Assembly (NCBI RefSeq): GCF_006345805.1
Contig: NC_042997.1
Coordinates: 63,116,001-63,180,000, forward strand
From: Octopus sinensis
Lineage: Eukaryota
Length of the DNA: 64,000 bases
Reading direction: 5' to 3'
A program made the translations under genes and the position numbers. The notes under the pieces are model-generated. The model did no database searches and was not told the origin of the DNA. It saw only the letters and a list, made by a program, of their open reading frames with translations. Positions 26,741-39,977 of the stretch are shown here, in pieces; within the stretch, counting starts at the first letter, position 1; the number at the start of each line of letters is the position of its first letter.

Positions 26741-27091
26741 CGGCTGATGACAACGTGTCTCTAAAAGAAATGGAGAAACTCTCAAAATACAAAGACCTGG
26801 AAATAGAGGTAACTAGAATGTGGAATCTGAAAACAGAAACAATTCCTATCATAGTAGGTGCATTAGGCATGATAAAAAAATATTCAGACAAATACATAAC
26901 AAAAACACCAGGACTTACAAACACATATAACATACAGAAAATTGCACTACTAGGCACTGCACACATCCTACGCAGAACACTTTCCATACAATAACCATCA
27001 GAGCATCACAACAAATCACAGCACATACCCAAGGCACACAGAGCTGCGCTCGGTAGTGAAGTGAAAGCACGTTATAAAAATAAAACTACTG
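26740..27091 (+). mobile_element. R4/Dong-like LINE 3' end between (AAT)n tracts
   Basis: NVSLKEMEKLSKYKDLEIEVTRMWNLKTETIPIIVGALGMIKK...QKIALLGTAHILRRTL* (C-terminus of the restriction-like endonuclease region), then a 3' UTR ending in (AAT)n. Confidence 0.9.
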
Positions 27092-27130
27092 AATAATAAT
27101 AATAATAATAATAATGATGATGATGATAAT

Positions 27131-27393
27131 CTCAGTAGTAACAAGCAGGTTCGAGAAATATGTCGGAGAAATTGGAATTGACATGAGAGCAGTGCAGGAC
27201 CAAAAAACTACCCTGTTGGGGACAGCTTGGATTTTGAGATTGATGCTTGAGTTTTGAGTGTCTTTCACAATATGTTAATATTCAGGTAGCAAAACTTATA
27301 ATCTGCAGAAAGAGACCACGTGAGATCTCTGACAATAGGTTGCCCTCCTCTCTCTCTCAGAATCAAGTAAGACCGAGAGCTCTGAGAAGTAAA
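27131..27393 (+). mobile_element. Second R4/Dong-like family, 3' end
   Basis: RFEKYVGEIGIDMRAVQDQKTTLLGTAWILRLMLEF*, then a different 3' UTR ending in (AAT/GAT)n. Confidence 0.75.
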
Positions 27394-27396
27394 ATA

Positions 27397-27428
<32 letters not shown>

Positions 27429-27436
27429 AATAATAA

Positions 27437-27994
27437 AATACCCTGATGCAGTACCAGGCAATGGCTCTCGTGGCTTCTGATCTTAACTGATTGGAAATGT
27501 TATCACTACATTGTTTTATTTTACTATAAAACATGGACTACAGTAAATATTCTGCTCAATACCACAGATTTGCTTGTCAGTTGTTTGACCTTAGCCAGTT
27601 GAGCATGTCCTTTCGTGGCAGACGATATATGCGTCTCTGATCACATGAGGAGAAGTAGTGGGGGAGCATCATAGCCATGTGTTGAGAGGGATTCTTTGGG
27701 GTTTGGATAATTCACCTCTGGAAACGTGGGTGTTTCGTTCAACATTCTTAAACAACCCTTATTCAGGGACCTTTTGAGCAGGATGGGTTACCCGACCAGA
27801 AGAAAATTCTAACTGGGCCCCACCTGCAAGGTCATGTGCTGTTTATCTTGATATGAGATCACCAGGTCGCGCACATATGGTTGTGATGCGTATGCCTAGT
27901 ATACCCTTATCAGACGGATAGATATGACGGGCATACTGGGCTTCGTATATTTTACCCCAGTGTCACTTTGATGGCATCGACTGCTCTCTCACTC

Positions 27995-27995
<1 letters not shown>
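27437..27995 (+). mobile_element. Non-coding repeat unit bounded by (AAT)n, probably a LINE 3' UTR or non-autonomous derivative
   Basis: A more GC-rich ~560-bp block that starts after and ends in an AAT tract. No ORF found; family assignment is inference. Confidence 0.5.
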
Positions 27996-28059
<64 letters not shown>

Positions 28060-28067
28060 TAATAATA

Positions 28068-28790
28068 ATGACAGTGCACGGAGCCTTCCAGTCTGAGAGT
28101 GACACCGATAGCCTGTACATGTCCAGAAATAAGAGTGGGAGAAGTTTGATTAGTTGTCAGAATTTATCAAAGCAGAGGAAAACAGCTCAGATTGGTATGT
28201 AAAATATACCGTAGAGCCATTTTTGAGACATGTGAAGAAGTCAAAATTGATAATTGTATAAAGAATGACAAACTTAAAGAGGAAAAGAACATGAAAAGAG
28301 AAAAATGTACGGTCAGTTCGCAAGAAATACAAAGGCCAAGACAGATACAAATAACCAGTCGTTATGGATGAGGAGTGATCTGAAGTTAGAGACAGAAGCA
28401 CTTATATGCGCAGCACAAGAACAAACGTTGAGGACTATGTGAAGCGCAGAATCGACGACACTACCAACAGCAACACATGCAGTATGTGTATTGAAAGGGG
28501 CGAAACGGAATGGCACAGCGTTAGCGAATGACCGAGACTGGCACAACGCGAGTACAAAAGACGACGACATTACAGTGTGGCAAGAATGATCCATTGGAAT
28601 CTTTATGGAAATCACAGCCTACAAAGAACAGAGATGTGGTAGGAGAAAACCCCAAGAGGTGTCACCGAGAATGAAGATGGCAAAATCCTGTGGGATGCAA
28701 TGTTTCAGTGCTATCACCTGACCAGATATCGGAAACCAGACGTTGTTGTAATGAATAAAAAATTAAGAAATGTCTGGAAATTTATAAAAT
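28068..28790 (+). pseudogene. R4/Dong-like LINE fragment (post-RT region to CCHC/endonuclease)
   Basis: TVHGAFQSESDTDSLYMSRNKSGRSLISCQ; LETEALICAAQEQTLRT; KILWDA; RKPDVVVMNKK. Confidence 0.8.
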
Positions 28791-28829
28791 AGCACCTATT
28801 CTGCGAAACTTATCTGTAAGTATGAGATC

Positions 28830-30686
28830 ATGGTGAGCGACACTGACTTTGAACTGTGGCAATGAATCTCTCAATGCCGGAGATGTAAGAATTCTTTGTG
28901 GTATTTTTCAGGGTGATTCTCTATCACCACTCCACTTTTGTCTAGCCTTAATACCTCTCTCGAAATGGCTCAATGATATCCAATATGGCTATAAAATGTT
29001 TGATAAAGATATAAGCCGTCTCTTTTACATGGATTATTGAAAGTTCTTTGCAAAAAGTCACCAAGAACTATAAGACTTACTAGCAATTCTTGAACATATT
29101 ATTTATGACATCTGGATGAAATTTGGCCTCGATAAAGATGCAAAAGTTACCTTTATCAGAGGAAAATGATAGAAGCATCCAACGTTAATCTTGACCAATA
29201 GGATGTCATAAAGGAGTTAGAACTATCGGAGAGCTACAAATAACTAGGGGTATTAGAAGGTGATGAAATCAAACACTCAATGATGAGCAAAATGATCAGA
29301 CAAGAATGTTATCTCAGGATAAGGACAATACTCAAGACAGAGCTGAATGCAAGAAACAGGATCGAAGTGATCAATACATTAGCCATACCGGTCGTGACTT
29401 TCAGTTTCAATATTATTGATATCTGTAAACTTGACAGAAAAATTCGAAAATTGTTGACAATGCATAGAATGCACCACCCTAAGGCAGATATAGAACGACA
29501 TTACCTCCCAAGAAAAGTGGGTGGCCGTGGACTTTAGAACTGGAATTAACATTGAAAATTTTCCCAATTGGCCTAAACACCTACCTAAAAAACTCTGATG
29601 ACTGGATGTTGAAACTTGTTTTAAAGCATGGAAAAAAGAAAACATCAAACTCAGTAACAAAACAGGCAAAGGAATATCTAAGTGAATTCCAGATACAACA
29701 AATCCGAATTAGCCGTACTGGAAACAAGCACAGAAAAACGTTTATGAAAGCCCGCGCTAAAAGTAATACATTAGATATTCTTACTGATAACTCTCTCTAT
29801 GGCAAATACACAAAGCGAGCTAATAATGCTGATGTTGACAAAGCCCTTACCCATCAATGGCTAGTGTCTTCTGGCTTCAAATCAAATCAGAAACAGAGGG
29901 GTTTATCATAGCAACCCAAGATCAATGCCTACCTACAAGAAACTACCAGGCCAACATATTAAAGAACGGGAGTAGCTCAACATGTGCATGTAAACAACAA
30001 GATGAAACCATTGATAATGTCTCCATGTGCAGTCTTCTTGCGTCTACAGAGCATCTCAACAAAAACTTGGGACCTCCCCCAAACTAGTAGGAACACAAAC
30101 CAACTTCAGTGCTTGAAAATGACCACATCTCACTCCTCTGGAACTTCACCGTTCAAACTGACAGAAAGATAGACGCGATAGGCCAGATATTATATTGAAA
30201 TACTTCAGACAAAAATCATGCCTCCTCATTGATATGACTGTCCCAATCGACATAAATGTATCTGTCAAGACTTACCAAAAACTCAGCAAGTGTAAAGATC
30301 TTGAAATAGAAACTGGCAAGAATGTGGAACCTCAAGGCTAAAACAATACCTGTTGTGATAAGTACCCTAGGAATGATAGCAGAAGGGCTGAATGCTACCC
30401 ACTTTAGATACCAGCAAGTTAAAAAATGGAAGAAATAAAAAAAATACTGTTCATGGGAACTGCCCATATCCTATGTAAAGTACAGTCTATGTAATCCCAA
30501 GTTTTAAAACAATCTTATAATTTTCTTGTTTCCTTAGTCATTCTTTAGAACAATACGTTGTGCAAAACATAATAAATGGAACCCTAGTTTTAACACGAAA
30601 CTCGAACTTCTAACTCGTTGTCTCTTGAGGTCTTCTGGGTGAGACTTGGAGTCAACCTGTACAAATACAAAGCAAAAGTCAAACAT

Positions 30687-30688
<2 letters not shown>
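28830..30688 (+). mobile_element. R4/Dong-like LINE, RT to 3' end, decayed
   Basis: GIFQGDSLSPLHFCLAL, LFYMD, YK*LGVLE, DRKIRKLLTMHRMHHPKADIERHYLPRK.GGRGL, SETEGFIIATQDQ, PDIILK...LIDMTVP. The 3' UTR ends in (AAT)n. Confidence 0.92.
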
Positions 30689-30719
<31 letters not shown>

Positions 30720-30880
30720 TAATAATAATAATAATAATAATAGTAGTAGTAGTAGTAGTAATAATAATAACAATAATAATAATGATAATAATAATAATAA
30801 TAATGGTAATAATAATAATAATAATAATAATGATAATAGTAATAATAATGATAATAATAATAATAATAATAATAATGATG

Positions 30881-30914
<34 letters not shown>

Positions 30915-30979
30915 TAATAATAGTAGTAGTAATAATAATAATGATAATAATAGTAATGATAATAATAATAATAATGATG

Positions 30980-31031
<52 letters not shown>

Positions 31032-31053
31032 TAATAATAATAATGACAATAAT
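30689..31053. repeat. ~365-bp compound (AAT)n microsatellite
   Basis: Direct reading. Confidence 0.95.
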
Positions 31054-32177
31054 AATAAACAGGCTCTATCTTCCATGAAAGGAAGGTGTAAAGGCCTAAT
31101 CTAACTTGAAACTTCCTATAAAACGACCACGATAGGATTCCAAGTGTATATCCAAAGTAAAACTGACTGGAGGATAGAGCTGGTAAGGGAACACCAACAG
31201 AGTAAGAAACTGCACTCAGTCTCAAAGGCAGCATGTAAATATAGACGAAGGGTTAATCTCACTGATCACAATATTAATACGGACGACACACCACCCACCA
31301 AGACTGTAAAATGAAAACCAAATAGGAAAGCTTCAAGGAAGTATCAAAACTGTGGCAAGAAAAACCATTGTATGGGCAATACTCCAAATGAGCTGGGGAA
31401 GCTGATGTTGATATGAAAATAAACAATCAATGACTGTAGAGTGGGGGTTTTAAAACCGAAACAGAGGGATTTATCCTAGTGGCACAAGATCAGAGACTTC
31501 TCTCCAGGAACTATCAAGCTGACGCCACACACAATGAGGTAGACACAAACAGTAGATTCTGAGGTGATAAACTTGGAGCTATTGACCACATTGTTGCCGG
31601 TTGCTCAGTCCTTGTCCCTACAGAATATAAAACCAGGCATGATCGTGTTGGCCAATACTTGCACTGGAACATATGCCGTCCCTATGATATCCCATATCAT
31701 AAGAACAGGTTTGAACACCATCTCGACTCAGTCACTGATGGAGAGAATGTTACCATCTTTGGGACTATGGGATACACACAGAAGGCAAATAAATGCTAAC
31801 AAACCAAACACCATCATCAATTACTTAAGACAAAGAAACATGTCTGTTAATAGATATGCCAGTGCCTACTGATAGAAACATCTCAGCAAAGGACTTTGAA
31901 AACATGTCGAAATATAAAGACCTTGAGATTGGGATATCTAAGAAGTGAGAATCAAAACCCAAAATTATCAATGTTGTTGTGGGTGCCCTGAGAATGATTA
32001 GGAATTGTAGTGACAAATTCTTTGACCAGATAATCGGGAAACCAACAATTTTAAAAATTGTGTCGACATCATCCGCCCACATTCTCAGGAAGTTTCTCTC
32101 CAACAAATGCATACGTGCCGTAGGTTTCCGGTTGAGAGCCGGTCGGAAGATTAAAATAAAAATGCAAATCAATCGGA
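31054..32177 (+). mobile_element. R4/Dong-like LINE 3' fragment
   Basis: RLYLP.KEG.KGL, FKTETEGFILVAQDQ, IDHIVAGCSVLVPTEYKTRHDRVG, SKYKDLEIGISK. Ends in (AAT)n. Confidence 0.85.
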
Positions 32178-32210
32178 TAATAATAATAATATAATAATAA
32201 TAATAATAAC

Positions 32211-32256
<46 letters not shown>

Positions 32257-32258
32257 TT

Positions 32259-32666
32259 CTCTCTTTTACTCTTCTACTTGTTTCAGTCACTTGACTGCAG
32301 CCATGCTGGAGCACCGCCTTTAGTCGAGTAAATCGACCCCAGAGCTTATTCTTTGTAAGCCTAGTATTTATTCTATTGGTCTCTTTTGTCGAACCGCTAA
32401 TTTACGGGGACGTAAACACACCGGCAACGGTTGTCAAGCGATGTTGAGGAGACAAACAGTCACACAGACATATATACACACATGCATGTACATGTATATG
32501 CATATACGACAAGCTTCCAGTTTCCGTCTACCAAATCCACTGACAAGTCTTTGGTCGGCCCGAGGCTATAGTAGAAGACATTTGCTCAAGGTACCACGCA
32601 TTAAGCCTGAACCCGGGTCCATGTGGTTGGTAAGCAAGCTACTTACCACATAGCCACTCCTGCGCC
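32259..32666 (-). mobile_element. SINE family A, full length
   Basis: Reverse complement of 13051-13457. Confidence 0.9.
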
Positions 32667-32707
32667 TAATAATAGCAATAACAATAATAAAAGTAGTAGT
32701 AGTAGTA

Positions 32708-32741
<34 letters not shown>

Positions 32742-32789
32742 GAAGAAGAAGAAGAAGAAGAAGAAGAACAAGAACAAGAACAAGAAGAA

Positions 32790-33003
32790 CAACAACAACA
32801 AGCAACATGTAAACCAAGAAACAACCCATTAGTGGCTGAGAAGTTCTGGACTGAAAGCAGAGACTGAAGGTTTCATAATGTCGGCACAACATCAAAACTT
32901 GCTTACCAAAAACTATCACGCTAACGTTCTTCAAAACGGTTCTGATCCTAAATGCAGATTCTGTGACAGGTTTGACGAAACAATAGACAATTTCGTCTCG
33001 GGC
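32790..33003 (+). pseudogene. R4/Dong-like LINE short fragment after an (AAT)(AAG)(AAC) tract
   Basis: QWLRSSGLKAETEGFIM..QHQNLLTKNYHANVLQNGSDPKCRFCDRFDETIDNFVSG. Confidence 0.8.
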
Positions 33004-34449
33004 AAATGATATTCAAATATTCTAAAAAGGAGCAAATGATATTCAAATATTCTCAAAAAGGAGCAAATCAGAAATCTGTTTCAAACGGAAGCTGTAGATT
33101 AAATACTTATAAAATAACATACAATTGGATATATTTCTGCGTGGCATAACAGCAAAGGTTTGATATATGGGATTACTAGAGGTGAAAATCTCTTCTTTAT
33201 CAAATGTAATTTCGATTTACCATTCAAAATCACAATGCTGTAGCTAGGAAGGATAAATTTTCTAAGTTAAGATTTCCAAAGGATTTGTTGCATTAATCAA
33301 GAAATAATTGGAGAATCGTCTACAGATTTTAACTTCGTATTGTGCCATTTGATTATTTAATGTTACAAGGAGATTTAAATAATCCAATGACACTACTCAC
33401 ATAAATATTATCAGGAATAAAACTAATCCGGATTCAAGACGATAATAATGATAAAAATCTTCAATGCTAGTAAATTATGGCATGTATGAGCTAATTCCAA
33501 AGAAATTGATACTAGAATAAAGGCCAGTCTATGAACTGCAACTTTATAAAATAACATTTTGGACAATATTCGTATATCATGGGAGAAAATTACAGGCCAT
33601 TACGAAGACACAACTAATAGGCAAGAAAAATCGAATTCCCATATTTATCCATCATGTACATTTGATAGGACAATTTTACATCTGCTTTCTTGAGAAGAAA
33701 GCAGAGATAAAATTGGAAAGGTAAAAACCTATTAAAATATGAGATTACGAGAATTAGGAACATAGAATTCGTAAAGAGTGTACCTCTGATAACTGGATAA
33801 CTGGCATATTTACGGACAGCCTGCAACCACATATTCTCAAAGCATTAGCATAAGTGTGTTACCTTTATGAAAATTAACAACAGAGAATTTTTTAAATATT
33901 TTTAAAGAATTCGAGGTAATACAATAATCTTTTATACCAATATGGGGTTAATTGGGTAAAAGAGGAAACGAATCAATTCATGAATAGGAACGTTATTCCT
34001 ATTGAGGAAACGTTTAAGAATCGGATCGTGATTTGGAATATTTGCTTAACAATACTCATTAGCCACATAAATAATTTAAGTTTGAAATTACAGTACTGAA
34101 ACCAAAATAACTTACATTGAATCTATTCTTTATTGTTTGTAACTCTCCACCCCAAAGAGAAAACATGTCTTGCAAGCAACTAGCACATGCAAGAGCTACC
34201 AGTCGAGAACTCCGCATACGGGAATCCAGCAAGTGTATGGGGTCATCAGGAGAGAATGCGTGCCGTTTCGGGCCTACATCTCGACGGCATCAATACGCAC
34301 CGGCTCCCTTCACTGATATGAGCCCCTGCTTACTAGATTAACTGGTTATTAAATATAGCTCAATATTTTTCTAGCCACCGCTCATCGTCTCTTTTTAACC
34401 AAATTCAGTGGGCTAGCTTTCTCCACTGTAGTTTGGATATGGTGGTATT

Positions 34450-35837
34450 TACCTTACATGGTGGTATTTACCTTACAATGAATCAAGCCTAACGATAACA
34501 ACAGTTGTCTCACACTGTGTCTAACAAGCCCTCTACATCCGACTTCGATTGGAAAATGTTCCGCTTTCCAGCCTGCGTCTTCACATTCTTCTAGGAGGTT
34601 TACATAACGGTCAATCTTTCGAGCCCGAGGAACCGTTAACTCGACTAGATTTACAACTTTCTTTCCTTCATGCCACATTAAAATGTCCGTTTTTTTTTCG
34701 TAACTGGGATGGGAAAGAGTCCCTGGCACCCTGGTAAATCTGCAGTCACTTCCCAATAGCCATTCCACTTTTCATCTCTCACAAGAAGTTTCTTGTTCTT
34801 CTTGAAACGTATCCGCTGGCCTGAGCGCACGAAGGTAATGATATCTCTAGTTGGTACTTTCAACGGTTTCTCTCAGTGTTGTTGAGATAAATTTGGTTCT
34901 TTATAGCATTGAAGATAACCTTAAGGACCAAGTTATGTCTCCATGCATACCTGTTCAATGCTAATGAACAGTTGGAAAGAATGTGTTTCAGCGTTCCGAC
35001 CCTCCCGCATTTAAATATGTCATTCCCTGAGACGTTCTATCTTGCTAGATTTGTAGGTAATGGCAAAACATCATAGGATGAACGAATCAGAAAACTTAGC
35101 CGAGATGTGGTCCACTTCCATATCTCATCCCAACTTATTTTCTTCTCTACAACATGTTCTTCCCATCTCGTCATCTGTCCTTGATGAATACATCGGATCA
35201 AAATAAGCTCTCTTCTCTCTGCTTCACTCGTTTTGAGGCTGCTGCTAACAACTGATCTGCATTCGATTCTCATCATACTTGCGAACGGTCTGAACTGATC
35301 TGCGCCAAAACCAAGTCATATCCGATGGTTTTGCGCTGCACCTACCATATGTCTGTGTGTAAGAGAAGACAAGATGCCATCAATCTCTGCTTCTGCTTTC
35401 CACTTCCTGGCTGTTTTCACTTCCGGTGGGTTACGCCTGATTTCCATGCCTTTCGATTCTCTCAGCATCATCACCACCCGTATCTTCCCCAGTTTATATA
35501 TTTCGGCTATTGACGCTAGTGGTAACTGCAACGAACCTCTTTTACAATGAAGAGCTGAACTGTTCAACATCTGAGGTAGGCCTAGCCACTTTCTAATTAA
35601 CACATTACATGTTTGTTCAATGATCTGAACTCGTGACAAGGCTACCTCGTATATTAAAAGTGGCCACGAAAGTCGTGGGTACAAGCCGAACTGCAAGCAC
35701 CAACTTTTATAGTTACCTGGTAACTTCAAGTTATCAATCGCTGATAATCCATCCTCGACTTTGTAGTGGAAACATTTGTAGTGAGGAAAAAATAAATGCC
35801 CAACCGTATCCCTTCTTGTTGACTCCAGTTCTTTCAA
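34450..35837 (-). mobile_element. Hero-like (R2-group) non-LTR retrotransposon, 3' half
   Basis: [17 protein letters not shown]...RKWLGLP; LSFLIRSSYDVLPLPTNLARW-type motif; CGRVGTLKHILSNC (CCHC); DILMW...LVELTVP and FPIEVGCRG (restriction-like endonuclease). Confidence 0.88.
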
Positions 35838-35908
<71 letters not shown>

Positions 35909-35965
35909 GTATGTATATGTGTGTGTATGTGTGTGTATGTATATATATATGTTTGCATGAATCTA

Positions 35966-36006
<41 letters not shown>

Positions 36007-37334
36007 GCATATCTTTTTGCGTCAATGTATGTACGTGTGTAATGCTTTAAGTGCGAAAGTGAAAGAATTATATTTAGGTTGAGAATTAGATTTGTTCAAA
36101 AATTTAGCACACTCGAAATAAGTTTCGGCAAATATGTATCTCTTAATATCTTTGAATGTCGCGGTATAAAGTATAGAATATATATATTTATTTCATTTTG
36201 TTTTGCGTCAGTCAGTTACTAAGAAAGTTTTAACTGCAAGGTATGAATTTTGAAGCATGTATGCCGATATCTCAAGCATTCATAGCATTACCAAATTTAA
36301 ATATAATTTCTCATTGAACAAGAACTTCTAGTATTCTATGTGCCTGTGGAGTAGCATAATCGAGTATAGAACTTTTATGACAAAATCATGTTTCTATTTG
36401 AAGCCAAATATGAAAGTAGAGGCTTGTAGAAGACATTTTTTACGATTCATAAGTAAGGATATATTAATAAAATTGAACTTAATAGCAATTCATAGGTGGT
36501 ATTATTTTCGATTTAGATGTAACTCAGCAAGTTAGAGTTTCAAAGGACAATTTGAGGAGGCATTTCCTTGGATTTGTGAAGTTACAATAAGAAGAAGCTA
36601 TATTTCTGATGTACATATTAATCCAAATTGAAAAGATTCTTCAATTGATATGAATAATGGAGATAGAAAATTTTGACAAGAATAGCTCACCTCAGCAGTA
36701 TTTATCTTAACATGATGTCCATGATCTGTGCGAAAATGAAAAGAAATTAAGTTGAAGAAGTCGCTGGCGTTATGAATGAGAAGTTTAAACAAAAATGATT
36801 CGTTGTCTACATTAACGTTTAGAAGAATTAATACAAGCTATGTATCATATTTTATTACAAAGTGCCATGATATAATAATTACTTCTGATTAAGATAACAA
36901 GGCCAGCAATTATAAAGGAAGGGAATTAGTTGATATCAACCGGCCAGCCGAATATTTGATTGGTACTTTATTTTATCGACCTCGAAAGGTTCTAAGGCAC
37001 AGCTGGCATCAGCGGCATTTGAACTCAGAATGTAAAGAATCGGAACAAACACTGCAAAGCAATTTCAGTTCGCCTGAATGCATTTCTATCTGAATATTAG
37101 AAGAATATGCGTATGCCAATGTTGGGGATTACATTTCTTAAAATAATGGCTTATAGTATTAGTGGTTTCATTCCTTAATAAAGTTGAAACTTATTAAGAC
37201 GTAAAGATGATATACAAAACGTAAAATCTTTTGCATTTTCACCATCTGTGTGTGTTTTGCTTCTATTAACTGAATAGAGACATGTAATTTCAGTTAGATT
37301 TTTTAAGTCTTCACTGACAATGCCGCCATCTTGA

Positions 37335-37381
<47 letters not shown>

Positions 37382-38859
37382 TAATAATAATAATAATTTC
37401 TTTCTTAAACAGAACTAACATAACTTCGGAATAGCATATTGTTTAATTATTGATATTAAAGATAAAACCACAAAACTAAAATTGAAAAGAAAATGTTTGA
37501 AAAATTGATTATTGGCAGTTATTAGAATTCTGATTGCTGCAACCCGTGGTGTAGTCAACAGGAAGCTACTTTGTGTGAAAAACAACAAATCCTCAGAAGA
37601 GATACAAACAAGTGAAACGGACTACATGTTATTACGGTATAAGTAAGTCAGAAGATAGGTATTTCCAAACCTTATTTGGACAGCACGAAACTGAGAACAG
37701 ATGAATAGTTCCCTACTGCTCACTTCTAACAAAGGAATTTAACCGAAACAATGCAGCAGCATTGATGCCTTTTCGCACTTTTCTATTCCCTGTCCATGAA
37801 GATATCTCAATATTCAACAACGTGCTGTATAATTAGAAAATAGTCTATATATCCAACAACCTATGCAGTTAAAAGTAACAACCTACATTTTAAGGATTAT
37901 CCAAGCAACTGCTGTACCACTAGGTCCCATCCTCCTATACGTGCTCGCACTGCATTTAAATGCATATAGAGAGACAAGTACTTTAAATAATGATATCTAG
38001 TGGGCTACATCATAGCCAGAGACTTCTGTATCTCAAGCAGCTAAGAGTCTTGGAGTTTATTTTACTTTAGCAACGACAAATGTTATGTAGAAGGTTCAGG
38101 AGTTAAAGGACCCAGTAACCTCTTTTGTGCTTCTCCTGATAAAAGCAACAACATTATATATTTTGAGACACCATCATAATAATATTCACATTTGCCAAGG
38201 CTATAATAAGTACAGGTTTAAAATCGGATAGCCTAAAGCTCATAGCAAGCCTTAAATTCATTTCTTCAGCAGTGTATGTATTGCAACTCTAACATCTGGG
38301 AGATGGTTTGGATATTCAGGTTTCCGCATGTTATCAAAATAGTTTTATTTCCATGTTGAGTTCACTTTCCCACAATCCAATCCCTAATTATTCAAATTAT
38401 TTTAAGAATTAAAAAAATTCAAGAATAAAATACAACAGTTTCGAATCAAACGACACTGCTTTCAGAGTAGCTTAATCTTTCGCTCTTAATATATTGTAAT
38501 TTACATAATGAAGTTACAAAATATATTAATGTCGACTGTGTATCGGTCCTGGAATACATTAGATACCAGAATGTTACACGCGTATTACTTTCTTGAACTA
38601 CAACTTTCTAACAGAAATCTAATAGTTTTCAGCTGCTAAACTGAACAGATCTTCGCTAAGAATAATTCTGAACCATTTATCGCTATTTATCAGCCCTGGC
38701 AATACGGGTTATTTTACTAATCGTTCTCCTTTCCTCTCTCTGTCTATATGTATATGTGTGTGTTACGGTGTATGAGTATGTATGCGAGCGCGCGTGTATA
38801 TTAAGTGTTATATATTATTTATAATCTAAAGGATTGTGCAAACAGTTTTTACTTTCACT

Positions 38860-38990
38860 GAGGTCGGTTTTACCTTTCATCATTTCGGGGTCGAGAAATT
38901 AAGTATCAGTTGTGTACTGGAGTCGATCCAATCGACTGGCCCCCTCCCCCAAAATTTCGGCCCTTCTGCCTAGAGTAGAAAAGATATTGT
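38860..38990 (+). mobile_element. SINE family B-related, 3' part; one of many decayed copies (also ~24310-24960, 36920-37070, 41280-41410, 42350-42520, 44600-44780, 45440-45960, 47720-47880, 49330-49465)
   Basis: Shared TTTCATC.TTTCGGGGTCGA..AATTAAGTA.CAG central domain. Confidence 0.75.
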
Positions 38991-39910
38991 ACGGAAAAAA
39001 AACAACGGCATTTCGAAACCTGACTAACCAGGTTGTGTATCACTCACTTCCCAGTCTCTTTTCCTTTCCATTCATATTATATATTAGAAATGAATGTAAT
39101 ATAAGCATTAACTGCTAAGATCTTTCAAACTTCAGTGACATTAAGCAAAATAAACAAACAAGTGAAGTGGGTTTGTTTTAAATTGTCGTTTATATTTTAT
39201 AATATCATTTTATGAACACAAGATAAACACATTATTTTGAGTGTGCCTAATGTAAATTTATAGGAAATGTTTGTTCTTATGATATAAATAAGATATATGA
39301 AAATGGCAATAAAACATTTTTGAATATAGAAATTAATATTGTCATATATGGGAAGGTTATCAAACTGGTAGAGAAGAATAATTAGATTTGATCATAATCA
39401 TATCTTTTTACAAGAAATAAAATGAAAAGTAAAAATATATCAAATAAGAATAAAAAAATTGAGCCTTGGTTCATCTTAGAAATTTCTCTTCATTTTGGTA
39501 TTAAACATAATGTTATAATGTTTCTTCATTGCACTCTGAAACTCAAAGCAATGGATTGCTTCTCCAATGCATTTCCATTAACGAACCCCTCTATGAAGGA
39601 TTTAAACACATATTGTCGACAATCTCATTCACTTTAGCTGTAAACAGGTTCAGTTTTGTGACACAAATTAAAGATGACAATAACAATTTGAAATTAACAA
39701 ATTTGAACTCAATGGTTTGCGTTCGCTGATAAACAGGTGTTCAGTTATTTTTATAGCATAGAACATGTTTTTAAGTTGACTTGATCTAGTAGTAAATTCG
39801 AAAAGAAAATCTTCAATAATGTCCCTACGTAAGCTAAATCCATAGCTTATGGAGGCGAAGACTTATGAAACAAATTTGAACGTTAAGTAAATCCTTCTGG
39901 AATTATTCTG

Positions 39911-39977
<67 letters not shown>

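Noticed and set aside
33060-34100. Non-repetitive stretch as a decayed coding region
   Set aside because: There is no long frame or recognisable motif on either strand.
34225-34300. GAAA and CUGAUGA motifs on the minus strand downstream of the Hero ORF, as a type II hammerhead
   Set aside because: Helix II cannot form (CCCC opposite GGCCC) and no NUH with helix I fits.
37321-37333. CAAGATGGCGGC (YY1-like motif, or MAAL start followed by GTCAGT) on the minus strand as a gene start
   Set aside because: It is a single short motif next to an AAT tract, and I could not find a downstream exon to connect to it.
37519-37642. Plus-strand exon candidate with a GTAAGT donor; an alternative frame gives DCCNPWCSQQEATLC, resembling an alpha-conotoxin cysteine pattern
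   Set aside because: The acceptor has no pyrimidine tract, there is no signal or pro-peptide exon, and such a short Cys pattern can arise by chance.
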